Source: Octopus vulgaris
Taxonomy: Eukaryota
NCBI GenBank assembly: GCA_951406725.2
Contig: OX597817.1
Span: forward strand, 53,878,001-53,942,000
DNA length: 64,000 nucleotides
Direction of reading: 5' to 3'
Part shown: piece by piece, positions 50,580-64,000 of the stretch
Numbering within the stretch: position 1 is the stretch's first letter
Layout: every line of letters starts with the position of its first letter
Notes under the pieces: model-generated
What the model was told of the DNA's origin: nothing
What the model saw: only the letters and a program-made list of their open reading frames with translations
Databases searched by the model: none
Program-made: the position numbers and the translations under genes

Positions 50580-50774
50580 TTTTATTTGTTTCAGTCATTT
50601 GACTGCGGCCATGCTGGAGCACTGACTTTTAGTTGAACAAATCAACCCCAGGAATTATTCTTATTCTATCGGTCTCTTTTGCTGAACCACTTAGTTACAT
50701 GGATGTAAACACACCAGCATCGTTGTCAAGCAATGGTAGGGGTGGGGGATAAGCACCAACACACAAACATGCAC

Positions 50775-50809
<35 letters not shown>

Positions 50810-50986
50810 AATATATATATATACGATGGGCTTTTTCCAGTTTCCGTCTACCAAATCCAATCACAAGCCTTTGGTCACCCAAGGCTATAATAGAAACCAC
50901 TTGCACAAGGTGCCACGCAGTGGGACTGAACCCGGAACCATGTGGTTGGTAAACAAGCTATTTACCACAGAGCCACTCCTGTGCCT
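50580..50986 (-). mobile_element. SINE family A copy
   Basis: Reverse-complement match to 7328-7738. Confidence 0.8.
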
Positions 50987-52227
50987 AATGTCTATAACCC
51001 TTTCAACTTCCAAGAGAAGCGAGGTCAATGTGGTTGTTATCGTTATCATTTAACCCCAGACGAAATGAAGCAGACCTACAATCACAGTGGGCTCCATCAA
51101 TGACCATCCTGTCTTTTTTTTTTATATAACTACAACAACATAATCCTTGCTTCCTTTTTTAAAAAGTGTAGTGTGTGACTTGAGATAGATATTGCTAACT
51201 ATTTCTAGCAGGTTGAGCAACCACATAGAGGCTCGTAATGTTTTGGCTGGCGTTTAAATTAAAATTCTGTAAATAGATGTTTGAAGAAAACATAGAGCCG
51301 ACATTAATATAGTGTTGAAGACTGGAACTGAGAATGGCAGAAAGAGAGAAGAATCGATTTTATATGGAATGGTTCTCTTTGAAAAATGGTATGAAATGAA
51401 TTTAAATGAAAATCTGTCCCTGAAGACTATTTCAAAACACAAAGGAGAAAAACAAGATCTAAAGAAATAGAAAATGTTTCAGAGAGGAATGTAAAGCAAC
51501 AGTGGTACATATGCACATATAAATTAATATGTACATATAAACTAATAAACTAAAGAATGCATACACACATATACACACACACAAACATGTACACACATCT
51601 GTGCTGGCACCACATGTAAAGCACCCATGCCAGTACCACGTACAAAGGTCCTGTGTTGGTGTCAAGTGAAACGCACCTGTGCCAGTACCACATGAACGGC
51701 ATCTGTGCCGGCATCATGTAAAAATGCACCTGCACTGGTGCTACATGAAAAGCACCCATACCAGTGCCACATGTTAAAGGCACCTGTGCTGGCAATATGC
51801 AAAAAGCAACCAGTACACTCTTGGACTTATTCTTTGTAAGCCTAGTACTTATTCTATCGGTCTCTTTTGCCAAACTACTAAGTAAAGGGGACATAAACAC
51901 ACCAACATCAGTTGTCAAGCAATGTTGGGGGCACAAACACAGAAACACACACACATATATGTGTATACGACAGGCTTCGTTTAGAATTCCGTCTACCAAA
52001 TCCACTCACAAGGCTTTGGTTGGCCTGAGGCTATAGTAGAAGACACTTGCCCAAGGTGCCACACAGTGGGACTGAACCCAGTACCATGCGCCTATACATA
52101 TAGTAACAAATCATGCTAACAGAGAATGTGAAACATTACAAACCAGGAAGAATGTGGCCACATGTATTTACTCTGCAAATATTAGAATCCACAAGGAATC
52201 TCAACATTAATGTATGTTTTCTGGGAT

Positions 52228-52862
52228 GAAGTGGTGAAGCACGACCTTTGAACTTTAGGCCTCACCGAGGCAATGACTAGTGACCAAGACTTTTGGAAAT
52301 ATGCTGTGCTTGAGAAGACCCAGCAAGCCAAATGAGACCATAACCTCGTGGCCTATGCCAGGAATGTAACCAGCCCACTTATGCGTACCTTTCCTTACTT
52401 GGACACTAAACTCTGCTTGCGAAGACCTGTTGAGGCAAGTGAAATCGAAATCAAATTCGATGACTGGCATCCGAGCTAGTGGGTGTGTTAAGAGCACCAT
52501 CCAAGCATGATCATTGCCAGAGCAGCTAACTAGCTTCCATGTCGGTGGCACGTAAAAGCACCATTCAAGCATGATCGTTACCAGCATCGCCTTACTGGCA
52601 ATTGTGCCAGTGACACATGAAAAAACATTCAAACGAGGTCGTTGCCAGTATCGCCTGACTGGCCCTCATGCCAGTGTCACATAAAAGCAACCACTACACT
52701 CTCGGAGTGGTTGGCGTTAGGAAGGGCATCAGCTGTAGAAACACTGCCAGATCAAGATTGGAGCCTGGTGCAGCCATCTGGTTCGCCAGTCCTCAGTCAA
52801 ATCATCCAACCTATGCTAGCATGGAAAGCAGACATTAAGCGATGATGATGATGATGATGATG
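52228..52862 (+). mobile_element. RTE LINE 3' end (last codons, 3' UTR repeats, (GAT)n tail)
   Basis: Reverse-complement match to 7785-8300; continues into the shared terminus ...ggagtggttggcgttaggaagggcatc...catggaaagc..(gat)n. Confidence 0.85.
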
Positions 52863-53309
52863 AAAATAGAACATCTGCATACATAAGTCTAATTACTGGA
52901 ATATGCAGATGTGCTTCATGAGGACACAACTTCGATTAGAATTCCTTCATTATACAGACATGAGGAAGCCACATGTAGGAAAGAGATTAGGACATGGTTA
53001 ACTGTTGTATCACCAATTGTTATGACAATACTTTTTTTACGCTATAATCATGTAGTAACAATTAAACATATAACAAAGTTGGGTAATAACAATGTAATAA
53101 TCCAACAAACTCTCCATGAACTATACACAAACCAACAAACAATATTCCATCAAACTACCAAAACGATACCTGATGACTTCCTGTGACTAATGCCTACTTT
53201 GTCTCACTGTCTCGCTCAGAGTGCTACCATTTATAGTCGTTCGGTCAGTCTATTCTCACCAGAGGTTGTCGTGACTCTCACCACAACATTAACCATGGTG
53301 ACACTGTTT

Positions 53310-53800
53310 ATGGGAACGGTTAATAACTTCTGGAGCAGCAGAAAGGTCCCGACCAAGAGAAAAACAAGGTCAGTGAATGTGGTCATTTGGGCAAATAGGC
53401 ATTTATGGTTGCAAAGCATGGACCCTGGACAAATTTGACGAGAACAATCAATGCGTATGAAATGTGGGTTTACAGGAAAATGTTAAGAGTCTCTTACAAT
53501 GGTCATCGGATAAATGAATGGGCGTAACAAGAAAGAGGTGGAAAAGGACATCTTTTGAGCATTGTGAAAGCACAAAAGCTTATCTGTTATGACCATATTC
53601 GAAGGAGTAGAAGTTTGGAAAACATTTACCATAAAAGGAAGAGTAGAGGGCAGGAGATGAAGAGGCAGGCAAAATAAATGCCATGGATGGACAACATCAA
53701 GAGCTGATTAGACAAGGACAACAAGGCAGCTGGAGGACTTGTGCATGATCAGGAAAAGTTGTGTTGCAGTGTTAACAATGTGATTCAGGTGCATGATGAC
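53310..53800 (+). mobile_element. Degenerate RTE/BovB-like LINE C-terminal fragment
   Basis: Broken reading YGCKAWTL...INAYEMWVYRKMLRVSY...GRVEGRR*RGR...WMDNIK, with stops and frameshifts. Confidence 0.7.
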
Positions 53801-54231
53801 AATGACAAATATCATCATTATCATCATCATCATCATCAAAAACATTTAACATCCGCTTTCCAAGTTGGCATGGGTTGGACGGTTTGACTGAGGACTGGTG
53901 ACCCAGAAGGCTGCACCAGCCTCAATCTGATCTGGCAAAATTTCTACAGCTAGATGCCCTTCCTAACACCAACCACTCCGAGAGTACTGGGTGCTTTTAT
54001 GTGATACCGGCACGAGGGACAGTCAGGCGATACTGCCAACGACCATGCTCAAAAGCTGTTTTTTATGTGCTACCTGCATGGGAGCCAGTCCAGCGGCACT
54101 GGCAACGACCACGCTCAACTGTTGTTTTTCATGTACCACTGGCACATGTGCTGGTAGGGCGACTCTGGCAATGATCAAGCTTGAATGGTGCTTTTCCTGT
54201 GCCATGAATATATATATATTTTTTTTTTTTT

Positions 54232-54543
54232 TATTTATGCGCCCTTTTCAAGCCTAGCCAGGCTCATGGGCCCGGTTTTCCTGTTTCTGTGGTGTATGTG
54301 TTCCCCCACTAGCTGGACAGGATGCCAGTCCATCACAGCATTACTCAAGAAACAGGAAGAAAGAGTGAGAGAATGTTGGGGCGAAAGAGTACAACAGGAG
54401 TCGCCACCACCCCCTGCTGGAACCTCATGGAGCTTTAGGCGTTTTTGCTCAATAAGCACACACAATACCCGATCTGGGAATCGAAACTGCGATCCTCCAA
54501 CCGCGATTCCACTGCCCTAACCACTGGGCCATTGCGCCTCCAC
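54232..54543 (-). mobile_element. SINE family F, tail type 2
   Basis: 54349-54543 matches the family F 5' module; different 3' part ending in an A-rich tail. Confidence 0.75.
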
Positions 54544-54624
54544 AAATATATAAATATATATATATGTATATATATATCATCAACAAGTTGTATATTATTC
54601 ATATGTGTGTGAATGTGTATATAG

Positions 54625-54656
<32 letters not shown>

Positions 54657-55239
54657 ATTTTGTATGCTTCTTTAGTTGCTTTACAACATATATGTTTTTT
54701 TCTCTCATTTAAAATAGAACATCCACGTACATTTGTCTAATTACTAGAATTCAGTGGAGCCACCTACCTACTCATTGAATTATAGTAGAAATGGCTGAAT
54801 ATACCTCATCATGTGAGCTTATACCCTTAACATAACCCTGAGGCAGAAACAGCCTGGCACAGTAACAAAAGGTGGAGTTTTGAGTCACAGGTTTGACCCC
54901 CACTCAGATAGGGTCACACACAGCTCCTGTATATCTAATTTCATACAAAAGTCTTAGGTTGACCCTAACGTTATGTTAAAAGCTACCTGCCCAACATTGA
55001 ACCTGAGATCTGAAGGTTGTGAAGGAAACCTCTCAGCCACTTTGTTCTGTGTGTGTCCTATATTTAAGAATTAGATGACACCCGCACTCACACCATGTAT
55101 CTGTGTCTTGGGTTGATATGGAAAGGCAGGAAGTGGAAACTCGAGTCTAAGTGTTCACTTAATGAGTGCCACTTAGGCAGGAGGAGAGCTTCCCTCATTA
55201 ACACTACAACAGTTAAACTTGGCTTCAAACACCCTTATC

Positions 55240-55916
55240 GTCATCATCCCCACCCATACCCTCCCCCATCATCATCATTATTGTCATCATTATGAACATC
55301 ACTATCATTAGCAAAACCGTTGTCTCCATTGTCATCAATCGTCATCAATCACCATCAATCATCATCATCGTCGTTGTCGTAAACAACATTCTTATTATAA
55401 ATACCATCACCATGAAGATCATCATCATTACCATAAACAATGGCATCGTCGTCATCATCGTCGTCTTCATCATAGTCAACAATCCCCAAATCATCATCAC
55501 CACCGTCGCCCTCTTATAGTTTTCACTACCATCATCATCGTCATCATCACTGTCATCATCAACATCATCAATGCCATCCTCATTATTGTCTTCCGTTATG
55601 GCATGGCATCATCATCATCACCACCACTACCACCACCATCATCACCACCACTACCACCACCACCATCTTCATCAACATCATGTTCATCATCACCGTCATC
55701 ATCATCATCGTCGTTATCATCATCATCAATGCCACCCTCATTATTGTCTTCCGTTATGGCATGGCATCATCATCATCATCATCATAAATCAACAGCAGCA
55801 ACAAGAACAACAACAACAAAGGTGTTAACAGAAGTAAAAGAAAATACATTTACTGCCAACACAGCATCCATCATCATCACGACCACGACCACCATCACTA
55901 TCACCATCACCATCAC

Positions 55917-55951
<35 letters not shown>

Positions 55952-56430
55952 ACATCACTACCTCTGCTACCATCAGGATTATAAGCAACAACAACAAGAA
56001 CACCAAACTATCAGTATGAAACATCACCACCACCACCACTATCACCACCACCATCACCACCACCACTATTCTTACACCTTCTCCACCAGCATCACACTTC
56101 ATCATCATCATCATCATCATCAACAATGCTATACTCATCTCACTTACCATATGCCATTATCAACACGAAACAGCACCAAAACCGCCACCGTCCTCCCACC
56201 CCACCCCACGCACTCACCCAGCATTACCATCTCCTCCACCACCACCACCACCACCACCACACCACCACCACCATACACCACCACCACCAAAACCATCATC
56301 ATCATCACCACCACCACCTCCACCACCACCACCATACACCACAAAAAATATGCCATCATTTTATATGCAACTACATCACCACCATCACTGCTACTGCCAC
56401 GACCACCTTCCTCTTCAAGACCACCACCAC
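55240..56430. repeat. (CAT)n/(CAC)n trinucleotide low-complexity tract; similar tracts at 9280-9410, 23020-23190, 25755-26143 and 37940-38370
   Basis: Direct inspection. Confidence 0.9.
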
Positions 56431-57749
56431 CCCAAGAGCTGGAAGGTATGGAGCGATACAGGTGTGCAGTGTAGTGTGGCGTTAATAAACCCACAAACAA
56501 TGGATGCATTAAATGTGCAGTGAAGTAGAAGACGAGGTGCACCCGATGCACTGGACTGGCTAACAGCATTAGTGATAATGGTTAGAAGACTTGCAGTCCA
56601 TGTAGATGGATGCTCTGTTGCCTAGGAAACAGAATTAGGGGTGGTGGCGGTGGTAGTGGTTATAGTGGTGGTGGTGGCGGCAGCAGTTAGGGGCTGAAAC
56701 ACAAAGGAAGGTATTTGAAGAGTAATTACCTCCCTTGGTAACATATGTTCCCTCAAGTTAATGAATAACCTGTAGGAAGTCTCTGGACCTGCTAGAAACA
56801 GCAGTTAAATCTACCAATAGACATTAATGTCTTAGAGACAAAGATAGAGATAGAGAGACTATATGTTTTGGATGCCCTTCGGATCCCCACCCTCACATGA
56901 GTACAACAGTAACAATCCAACATTGCCCCGCCACCACTGTAATTCTTAGCCTGAACATGAAACCACTAAGCTATATACCTTCACACACACGCATGCACAC
57001 ACACACATATATATATATATACACACACACACACATACACACATTGCTACACCACATGTTACTGTGTTTATAGAATAGGTAAAAAATACACCAGAAAGGT
57101 GTTTAACAGAAACAAGCAGCCAGTGTTCAGACCAGAATATATTGGATACAAAACATCCAATATTAAATGAAAAGAGATGGAATAGAAGTAAACAAAAGAT
57201 GACTATAGGCAATGTGTCTGTTGAAATAATGAAAGTATAGAATAAAAGATGGACAGGCAGTTGTTAATGGCATCAAAACATTTACAAAACAGTATAAAAA
57301 CTATTAAGCAGAGAAAACAGGAAAATCAGGAAAATGGCAGCTCATAATGGTTCTTCAGAGACAGGAGGGCAATATCCTGAAAATTCATATTCTAAAAGCA
57401 CAGATAAAAGAGAGGAGGATCCAAGTAATTCTTTGTAATGGTTCTACATAGGGAGATATATGGAGAGTTCATACTCTAACTTCACAGATAACAGAGAGGA
57501 AAATATAGGTATTGCTTAACATCTGTTTCTGGGGGTTGGTGACCATTTGGCACAGTATTGTGCATTATGTGTATCTATACATGAAGTAAATTGGTGTTAG
57601 GAAATGCGTATGAAATAATACACAATTGAATTATATTATTACCCATCCCATCATGAATGCATCAAAGAAATTGCAAGAATAGTTTACAGTGAGCTCAGTT
57701 CCTACAATGAACTGTACAAAATGATGACACAGCATAACTATCAAGCAAC

Positions 57750-58120
57750 TTTACCAACCACATGGTTCTGGGTTCAGTCCCACTGCGTGGCACCATAGGC
57801 AAGTGTCTTCTACTATAGCCTTGGCCCAACCAAAGCCTTGTGAGTGGATTTGGTAGATGGAAACAGAAAGAAGCCCATCGTATATATGTATATGTATATA
57901 TGTGTGTGCTTGTGTGTCTGTGTTTGTTACCCCCCTCCAACATCGCTTGACAACCGATGCTGGTGTGTTTACGTCCCCGTCACTTAGTGGTTCAGCAAAA
58001 GAACCAATAGAATAAGTACTAGGCTTACAAAGAATAAGTCCCGGGGTCGATTTGCTTGACTAAAGGCAGTGCTCCAGCATGGCAGTCAAATGACTGAAAC
58101 AAGTAAAAGAATAAAAGAGT
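57750..58120 (+). mobile_element. SINE family A copy (5' end clipped)
   Basis: Colinear with 7328-7738. Confidence 0.8.
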
Positions 58121-58237
58121 ATCTGAAGCAGATGTTGATAATGATGAACCAGAAGATAGGATATACATCCCTCACTCTTCCAGCAACTCTCATACCACCA
58201 CCACCACCACCACCACAACCACTGTCAGCAGCAACAA

Positions 58238-58631
58238 GTGGAGGCGCAATGGCCCAATGGTCAGAGCAGCGGACTCACGGTCGGAGGATCGTAGTTTCAA
58301 TTCCCAAACTGGGCGTTGTGTGTGTTTATTGAGTGAAAACACCCAAAGCTCCACGATGCTCTGGCAGGGGGTGGTGGTGACCCCTGTTGTACTCTTTCGC
58401 TCCAACTTTCTCTCACTCTTTCTTCCTGTTTCTTGTCCTCGACTTCCTATACAACCGCTGAGCCTGGATGCGCATTCATCCATCCGTCAATGCTCTCGGT
58501 GTTGAGGGTTGACCTGCTTTTTCTTCTGCGGGTCTTATGAATAGCAAAGGACCACGTTTCGGACTTCTCCCATCTTGTGAGCTCTGGGATAAAGACTGTT
58601 CGCTCAACAGCAACAGCAGCAACAACAACAA
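58238..58631 (+). mobile_element. tRNA-derived SINE family F, tail type 1
   Basis: Head gtggaggcgcaatggcccaatggtc..gtttcaattccc; (CAA/CAG)n tail; cagcagcaacaa on both sides. Confidence 0.75.
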
Positions 58632-58698
58632 CCCTCACAGATTAGCCAACATCATTTGTGTAAGAACATCCCCTATTAAAGATTGCAATTCTTACACA

Positions 58699-59262
58699 CA
58701 AGGTCTAATCAAAAAGCATCAGGACTGTTGCTATGGTAACAGGCCTGAAGTACGCAAAGTGAAGGCACTTGGCACAGAATGACCTTGAACTCTGTTTCAT
58801 GTGCACACTAAGTTACAACATTCTCACTCGCTTCTGTTGTTTATAGCAGTATTCCGAAGTAAAAAGTGTAGAGTGGGGGTCATCTCTAAAAGAAGATCGG
58901 ATTCCAGCAATGCAGGATTTTCTTGATTGTGTTGAGGAAAATGAAAACTTTTTGGAAATGGTCATAACAGGTGATGAATCCGTTGGAGTTTGGCTATGAC
59001 CCTGAAACCAAGGCTTAAACAGAATCCCACTTCAGAGGAACAAGATTTCATGACATCACAGAAATCCAAGAGAATGCAACAAAACAGTATTTTGCTATTC
59101 TCAAAAAGGAGTTCCAGGAATGCTTCCACCAATGGTAAAAATTCTGGATAAAATGTGTGGCTTCAGAAGAAGACTTTTTCGAAGGAGATTAAATGCTGAT
59201 TTGATGTGGGTTGTAGTTTTCTTTTTATAGCACCAGTCTCTATACATTCCGATCAGGCCTCA
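58699..59262 (+). mobile_element. Internally deleted mariner transposon
   Basis: Degenerate TIRs (caaggtctaatcaaaaag / gatcaggcctca|ta); transposase remnants EMVITGDES..FGYDPETK and ..QECFHQW*..KCVASEEDFFEGD*. Confidence 0.8.
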
Positions 59263-59718
59263 TATTCTGCAAAAAATCTCTCTTTATATATACTATCATA
59301 AATATGAGGGTAATAAATTAACATAATTTATTACCAGTGGTTAGCATGCATGAATAAGTCATGACATAACATGTTTTAAAAAATATATGAGAGTATAAAT
59401 TATTTTTATATACAAAGAGGAGACCATAGACGGGAGACGCATTTGCAACTATATAATTATTCATTAATTAGTGATTCCGCTGATGAGCTACAGATTCTAA
59501 ATTAGTTTATTTGGCAATAAAAACTCGAGCTTGGGATTAACTAATTCATTTTTTGTTCGTTCTGGTGTTATAATTGGCGTGCCTCATGAAGTCTCTTTTA
59601 CGTGGTTTAGGTTTTAACAGGCCTTTTAAGGAGTTCTGTCAATGTCTCCTTTGGTGTATAAAAATATATTATACACTCTCATATTTTTAAAAATACATTA
59701 TCTCTTTATTTATATATA

Positions 59719-59754
<36 letters not shown>

Positions 59755-59756
59755 TA

Positions 59757-60145
59757 TGAGGGTGTTTGGGACAGGTATAATTACCAACACTTTGAGCCAC
59801 TTCTTCACTACAGTTTTCACTTCTTCGTCACTGAAATAATGTTTGCCTCTCAAACCTTCTTTCATGGGGCCAAAGAGATTATAGTCCAGTGACGATGATA
59901 GTCCAGTGATAAGGAAGTGAAAACTGTAGTGAAGAAGTGGCTCAAAGAACAGTCAACAGAATTTTACGAGGCAGGGATACATGTTCTCATACGAAGGTGG
60001 AATATCGCTGTTGGGAGAAACAATGACTATGTTGGGTAGTAGGGATGTGATCCACAGAGGACCAGCTTCATTTTGATGTATGATACATGTGTTGGTAATT
60101 ATATCTGTCCTAAACAAAATGGCACTACTTTTTAACTCAACCTCG
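59757..60145. mobile_element. Rearranged mariner remnant with internal inverted duplication
   Basis: Plus: SDKEVKTVVKKWLKEQSTEFYEAGIHVLIRRWNIAV..DYV. Minus: DYNLFGPMKEGLRGKHYFSDEEVKTVVKKWLK. Ends ta|tgaggg and cctcg|ta. Confidence 0.75.
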
Positions 60146-60249
60146 TATATATATATATATATATATAAATAAGGATAAGATCATTAATTTTTTAAAAAAT
60201 AACAACTTTATCAAGTGGTCAGCATGGAAAAAAATAACCTTCAAGGTAA

Positions 60250-60764
60250 TCTTTCTCTATATAAACGGCAGTTTGTCTGTCTGTGTGTCTGTCAGGTTGT
60301 ACCCTCACCCTGACCACGGCTTTCAACCAATTCTGATGAAACTTGACACACACATAGCCCAATGTCATAATTCAAAACAAACGCAGCGAAAATTTTGAAA
60401 AGTTCCCCCAGTTCTGAAAAAAGTCGATAAATTCGACATGGGGTCGAGAATCTAAGCTTTTTATTTGCAACACATTTTCTGTTGTAGTTTTCGCAATTTG
60501 CAATCGATTTTCACCAAACTCATGGTGAAGCTTAATGTTACCCTAAGAAACTTAATTCTGACGTTAGTTTTCCATGCAATACCTTACCATCAGAAAAAAT
60601 CGATAAAATCATGCCATTTTGGGAAATCGCGTTCAAATTCAAGATGACATATTTTCGACAATATCTTTCACAAATTGGCAGGAATTTTTTTAAAATTCAC
60701 AGCGAGCATCATGTCTGCTCCAGGGGCTCTTACATAGCTGGGCAATGCCGAGCTATGCTGCTAG
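60250..60764 (+). mobile_element. Non-autonomous Helitron
   Basis: A|TCtttctctatataaa ... gctgggcaatgccgagc (hairpin) ... CTAG|T; no TSD. Confidence 0.8.
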
Positions 60765-60768
60765 TAAT

Positions 60769-60934
60769 TATTAAAATCATAAATTAGGGTATCTATGAGA
60801 TAACACCATGCTGAAATTAGCAGCCATGAACTGACTCTAAAACCACCTTAATTAAGGTGGTTTTAGAGTCAGTTCATGGCTGCTATTTTCAGCATTGTGG
60901 TATCTCGTAGATACCCTAATTTATAATTTTAATA
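60769..60934. repeat. 166-bp loop-less palindrome (5 mismatches)
   Basis: Centre ccttaa|ttaagg at 60851/60852; the inner 34 bp of each arm are perfect. Confidence 0.9.
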
Positions 60935-61215
60935 TATATATATATATTTATATATATATATACGCACACACACACACATATACAAACTGTATCATATAGG
61001 TCAAGATGCATAAAAGTAGTTGTTTTGTTTGTGTTTTTTGTTGTTGTTGTTCATGTTTCGTTTTTGCTTTTTGCTTTGTTTTTCCCAAAAAATCCTTTGG
61101 CACACATTTCAGTCTTATTACATGAAAATCAATAAGAAAATTGATTTCCCTGTACAGGAATTTGTGTTATGTTGAGATTTCCAGGAATGCAGGGTGCCTG
61201 TTGTGCAAAGGGTTC

Positions 61216-61268
<53 letters not shown>

Positions 61269-61644
61269 TTATGCCAAGATATTACATGTCTTTTTTTTAT
61301 TTTTTTACTTGTTTCATTCATTAGGTTGCGGCCATGCTGGGGCAACCATCTTGAAGAACTTTTAGACAAATGAATCAACTCTGGTACTTTTTTTATATTT
61401 CTGAAGTCTGGTATTTATTCTGTTGGTCACTTTTGCTGAACTTCTATGATATGGGGATGAAAACAGACCAACACTGGTTGTCAAGTGGTGGTGCAGGTGG
61501 GGTAGTGGATTACAAACACACACACATGTGTAAATATTTATATATACATATATATGTATATATATGAATAATTTATATATACATACATATATATATCTGT
61601 AATTATGTATATTCTTATATATATATATATATATATATAGATAC

Positions 61645-61675
<31 letters not shown>

Positions 61676-61885
61676 TATAAGAATATATGTATATACAGAT
61701 ATATATGTATGTATATATATATATATGTGTGTGTGTGTGTATGTATATATGTATATACTTATATATGTATATTTGTATATACATATATATTTGTATATAT
61801 ACATACATATAAATATGTGTATATATGCATACATATATATTTGTATATATATATGTGTGTACGTGTCAATTCTCTCACACCTATA

Positions 61886-62012
61886 CAGGCTGATTCAAAA
61901 GTCGCCATACAAAAGAACAATTTATATTTTTATAAGAGACCGTTTTTTTATTTAACTGTTTCTTACAAAAAAGTAAATTTTTCCTATGTATGATAACTTT
62001 TGAATCAGCCTG
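61886..62012. mobile_element. Tc1/mariner-type MITE (127 bp)
   Basis: TA|caggctgattcaaaagt ... acttttgaatcagcctg|TA. Confidence 0.85.
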
Positions 62013-62031
62013 TATAGATACATATATATAT

Positions 62032-62135
<104 letters not shown>

Positions 62136-62200
62136 ATATATGCATATATATTTAGATATATGTGTATATGTGTATATATATATATATATTTATATGTATA

Positions 62201-62431
62201 AGGCGGTGAGCTGGCAGAAACGTTAGCACGCCGGGCGAAATGTGTAGCTGTATTTCGTTTGCCGTTATGTTCTGAGTTCAAATTCCACCGAGGTCGACTT
62301 TGCCTTTCATCCTTTCGGGGTCGATAAATTAAGTACTAGTTACGCACTGGGGTCGATATAATCGACTTAATCCGTTTGTCTGTCCTTGTTTATCCCCTCT
62401 GTATTTAGCTCCTTGTGGGTAGTAAAGAAAT
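62201..62431 (+). mobile_element. tRNA-derived SINE family B (Meta-domain-like core). Other copies: about 14503-14840(+), 19785-19990(+), 32934-33150(-), 36248-36440(-), 42988-43190(-), 44322-44520(+), 48415-48600(-)
   Basis: A box tggcagaaacgttag, B box gagttcaaattcc, then gtcgactttgcctttcatcctttcggggtcgataaattaagtac, which resembles (from memory) the MetaSINE central domain. Confidence 0.8.
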
Positions 62432-62457
62432 ATATATTTATATGCGTGTGCACAATA

Positions 62458-62501
<44 letters not shown>

Positions 62502-63236
62502 TCTACTTGTTTCAGTCATTTGACTGCCCCAAACAGGTATTTATCTGTGGCCCTCTTTCTGTTTCCTTCAGTGGGTGGGTAGCTATGTTAGTTATGAAGG
62601 ATGTTGGCCATGGTGGTGGAACTGGGGTAACAGTGTATGGTTACAGTAGTGATGGTTGTTGTTGTTTGTTGTTGTTGTTGTTGTGGTGGTGGTGGTGGTG
62701 GTGTGTGGATGTGCATGGAAAAGTTTGTAAGAATCACAAACAGTGAAAGCGTGTAAAGAGCGAAAGAGCAGAGCTGAAACGGAGAGGGCTGTTGTCATAG
62801 AGTAATGTGACTTTGGAGGGCATTGTTCATGGAATGCAAACGATGTGAAGCACAAAAGATTACCTAACTAGAGCTGAAGGTGTGTGTGTGTGTATAGGTG
62901 TGTGTGTGTGTGTGTATAGGACTGTGCGTGTGTCTATAGGTGTGTATGTGAATAGAGGTTAAAAGTAGGTGTACAGATATGTGTGTGTGTGTGGGTATGT
63001 GTGTGTTTGTGTAGGTATGAAAGCATGTGTGTGGGCGTGTGTGTTTGTGTAAACATGTGTATGTATGTGTGTATGTACATATTTATGTATGTGTGTACAT
63101 GTATATGTATAAATGGGTGAGTATATATATATGTTGACGTAGGTAAGTATATTTATAGTTGTGTGTGTATGTTTGTATACATACATAACACTCACACATA
63201 CACACACATATATAATTATTCCTAGATATATACAAT

Positions 63237-63621
63237 ATCGTGGCACCCCATTGCTTATGACAACGAGGGTTCCAGTTGATCCAATCAATGGAACAGTCTG
63301 CTCGGGAAATTAACATGCAAGTGGCTGAGTACTCCACAGACACATGCACCCTTAACGTAGTTCTCGCGGCGATTCAGTGTGACACAGAGTGTGACAAGGC
63401 TGGCCCCTTTGAAATACAGGTACAACGGAAACAGGAAGAAACAGTGAGAGAAAGTTGTAGGGAAAGAGTACGGCGGGGTTCGCCAACACCCACTGCTGGA
63501 GCCTCATGGAGCGTTAGGTGTTTTCACTCAATAAACATTCACAATGCCCGGTCTGGAATCGAAACTGCAATCCTACGACCGCAGGTCCGCTGCCCTAACC
63601 ACTGAGCCATTGTGCCTCCAC
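63237..63621 (-). mobile_element. SINE family F, tail type 3
   Basis: 63428-63621 matches the family F 5' module; third unrelated 3' part. Confidence 0.75.
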
Positions 63622-63962
63622 TGATCTATACAATGAGATACACGTGTATCTATCTATCTGTTTATTTATATATATAAGTATATAGCGTTATATGTAAATC
63701 TAAATATAGGCTAAAAATTAAATATTTGATTGATTAATTAATTAATTAGTGTATTTAATCGTTAAGGGTGAAACTTTGAATTACAGGAATGACTAATCAT
63801 TTTTGAATTCTCTCAAATTGTCCTGCCTGCCTACATTCAATGTGCTAAAATAAGAATAGTTTTTATCATAGTTTAGGATTTAACTCTTATTTCTAGCATG
63901 AAGGATTTAGTGGCTTTTCCCTTTATGTATAATTTTTATACATACATATAAGACTTTATATG

Positions 63963-64000
<38 letters not shown>

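Noticed and set aside
59425-59500. Hammerhead-like pieces (ctgatgagctac on plus; aaatgcgtc on minus) between inverted AT-rich termini (about 59370-59425 and 59643-59698)
   Set aside because: The core halves are on opposite strands or lack a partner GAAA, so no complete fold; at most a decayed Penelope-like remnant.

Overview
AT-rich, microsatellite-saturated animal genomic DNA, most likely a coleoid cephalopod (octopus). That assignment is inferred from the SINE/LINE landscape and the extreme (TA)n/(TAA)n/(CAT)n content. The only host gene I can support is on the minus strand. Three coding exons (25667-25697, 17592-17809, 14874-15008) splice in phase to give the N-terminus and most of the PTB domain of a Disabled (Dab) adaptor; the next exon was not found and probably lies beyond position 1. 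The rest is intron or upstream DNA packed with mobile elements. These include a nearly intact 5'-truncated CR1/L2-group LINE (APE+RT, 33151-36193), many RTE-LINE 3' ends with tandem hairpin repeats, and two R4/Dong-type fragments in (TAA)n. There are also at least five tRNA-derived SINE families, Helitrons, a Helentron/HINE, and piggyBac-, hAT- and Tc1/mariner-type MITEs. The highlights are: (i) minimal type I hammerhead ribozyme motifs with palindromic stem III in three unrelated repeat families, one being a head-to-head palindromic, tRNA-headed element; (ii) a G_GGA_AAC slippery site at the ORF1/ORF2 overlap of a LINE whose ORF2 has no usable ATG; (iii) one SINE head joined to three different tails; (iv) many fold-back or inverted duplications inside the Dab transcription unit. 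Almost all other ORFs in the track are translations of microsatellites or SINEs. Repeat coordinates are read by eye and are approximate unless a TSD/TIR is quoted.
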